A stretch of DNA of 64,000 bases, from NCBI GenBank assembly GCA_963789955.1, contig CAWBMV010000034.1, positions 1-64,000 on the forward strand. The letters run 5' to 3'. Under the pieces are notes generated by a model. That model did not search any database. It was not told the origin of the DNA and saw nothing but the letters and a program-made list of their open reading frames with translations. This document shows, piece after piece, positions 63,926-64,000 of this stretch (the stretch's first letter is position 1; each line of letters starts with the position of its first letter). The translations under genes and the position numbers were made by a program. This DNA comes from an uncultured Candidatus Rokubacteria bacterium (lineage in GTDB: Bacteria > Methylomirabilota > Methylomirabilia > Rokubacteriales > CSP1-6).

Positions 63926-64000
63926 ATGAATCTCAGCCGACGGCACCTGCTGAAGCTGGGCGGCGCCGCGCTGGCCGGAGCGTCGATCGCACCGGCCGTC
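63926..64000 (+). CDS. 5' end of a Tat-exported protein (runs off the window)
   Basis: GGAGGAG RBS then MNLSRRHLLKLGGAALAG twin-arginine signal. Confidence 0.75.
   Translation, partial: MNLSRRHLLKLGGAALAGASIAPAV

Overview
This is a high-GC bacterial window with many single-base indels, probably from a low-coverage long-read metagenome assembly. It appears to join two unrelated segments at about 16,083. The left segment (1-16 kb) resembles Acidobacteriota (Vicinamibacterales-like; inference). It holds a minus-strand cluster of secreted proteins: two PQQ dehydrogenases, a cytochrome c, a TonB-dependent receptor, an NTF2-like protein, a CxxCH plus Vgb-type propeller protein, an amidohydrolase, an NHL protein and a DUF1080-cupin fusion, interspersed with structured intergenic repeats. 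It ends in a truncated molybdopterin oxidoreductase. The right segment (16-64 kb) resembles Rokubacteria/Methylomirabilota (inference). It carries ABC transporters, mgtE, ilvE, acyl-CoA enzymes, DAHP synthase, an aceE-like E1, glcDEF, rmlACB, trmI-ppiD-rpsU-greA, lhgO and MaoC/CitE genes, plus a different 62-bp repeat family. Three signals stand out. First, a rhodanese-MoeB gene has an in-frame TGA at the conserved Cys position followed by a SECIS-like hairpin (candidate selenoprotein). Second, an orphan DGQHR (DndB-like) gene has a TTGACA -35 box inside a perfect inverted repeat. Third, -10 boxes recur just upstream of start codons, suggesting leaderless mRNAs. No rRNA, tRNA, CRISPR array or transposase was recognised.
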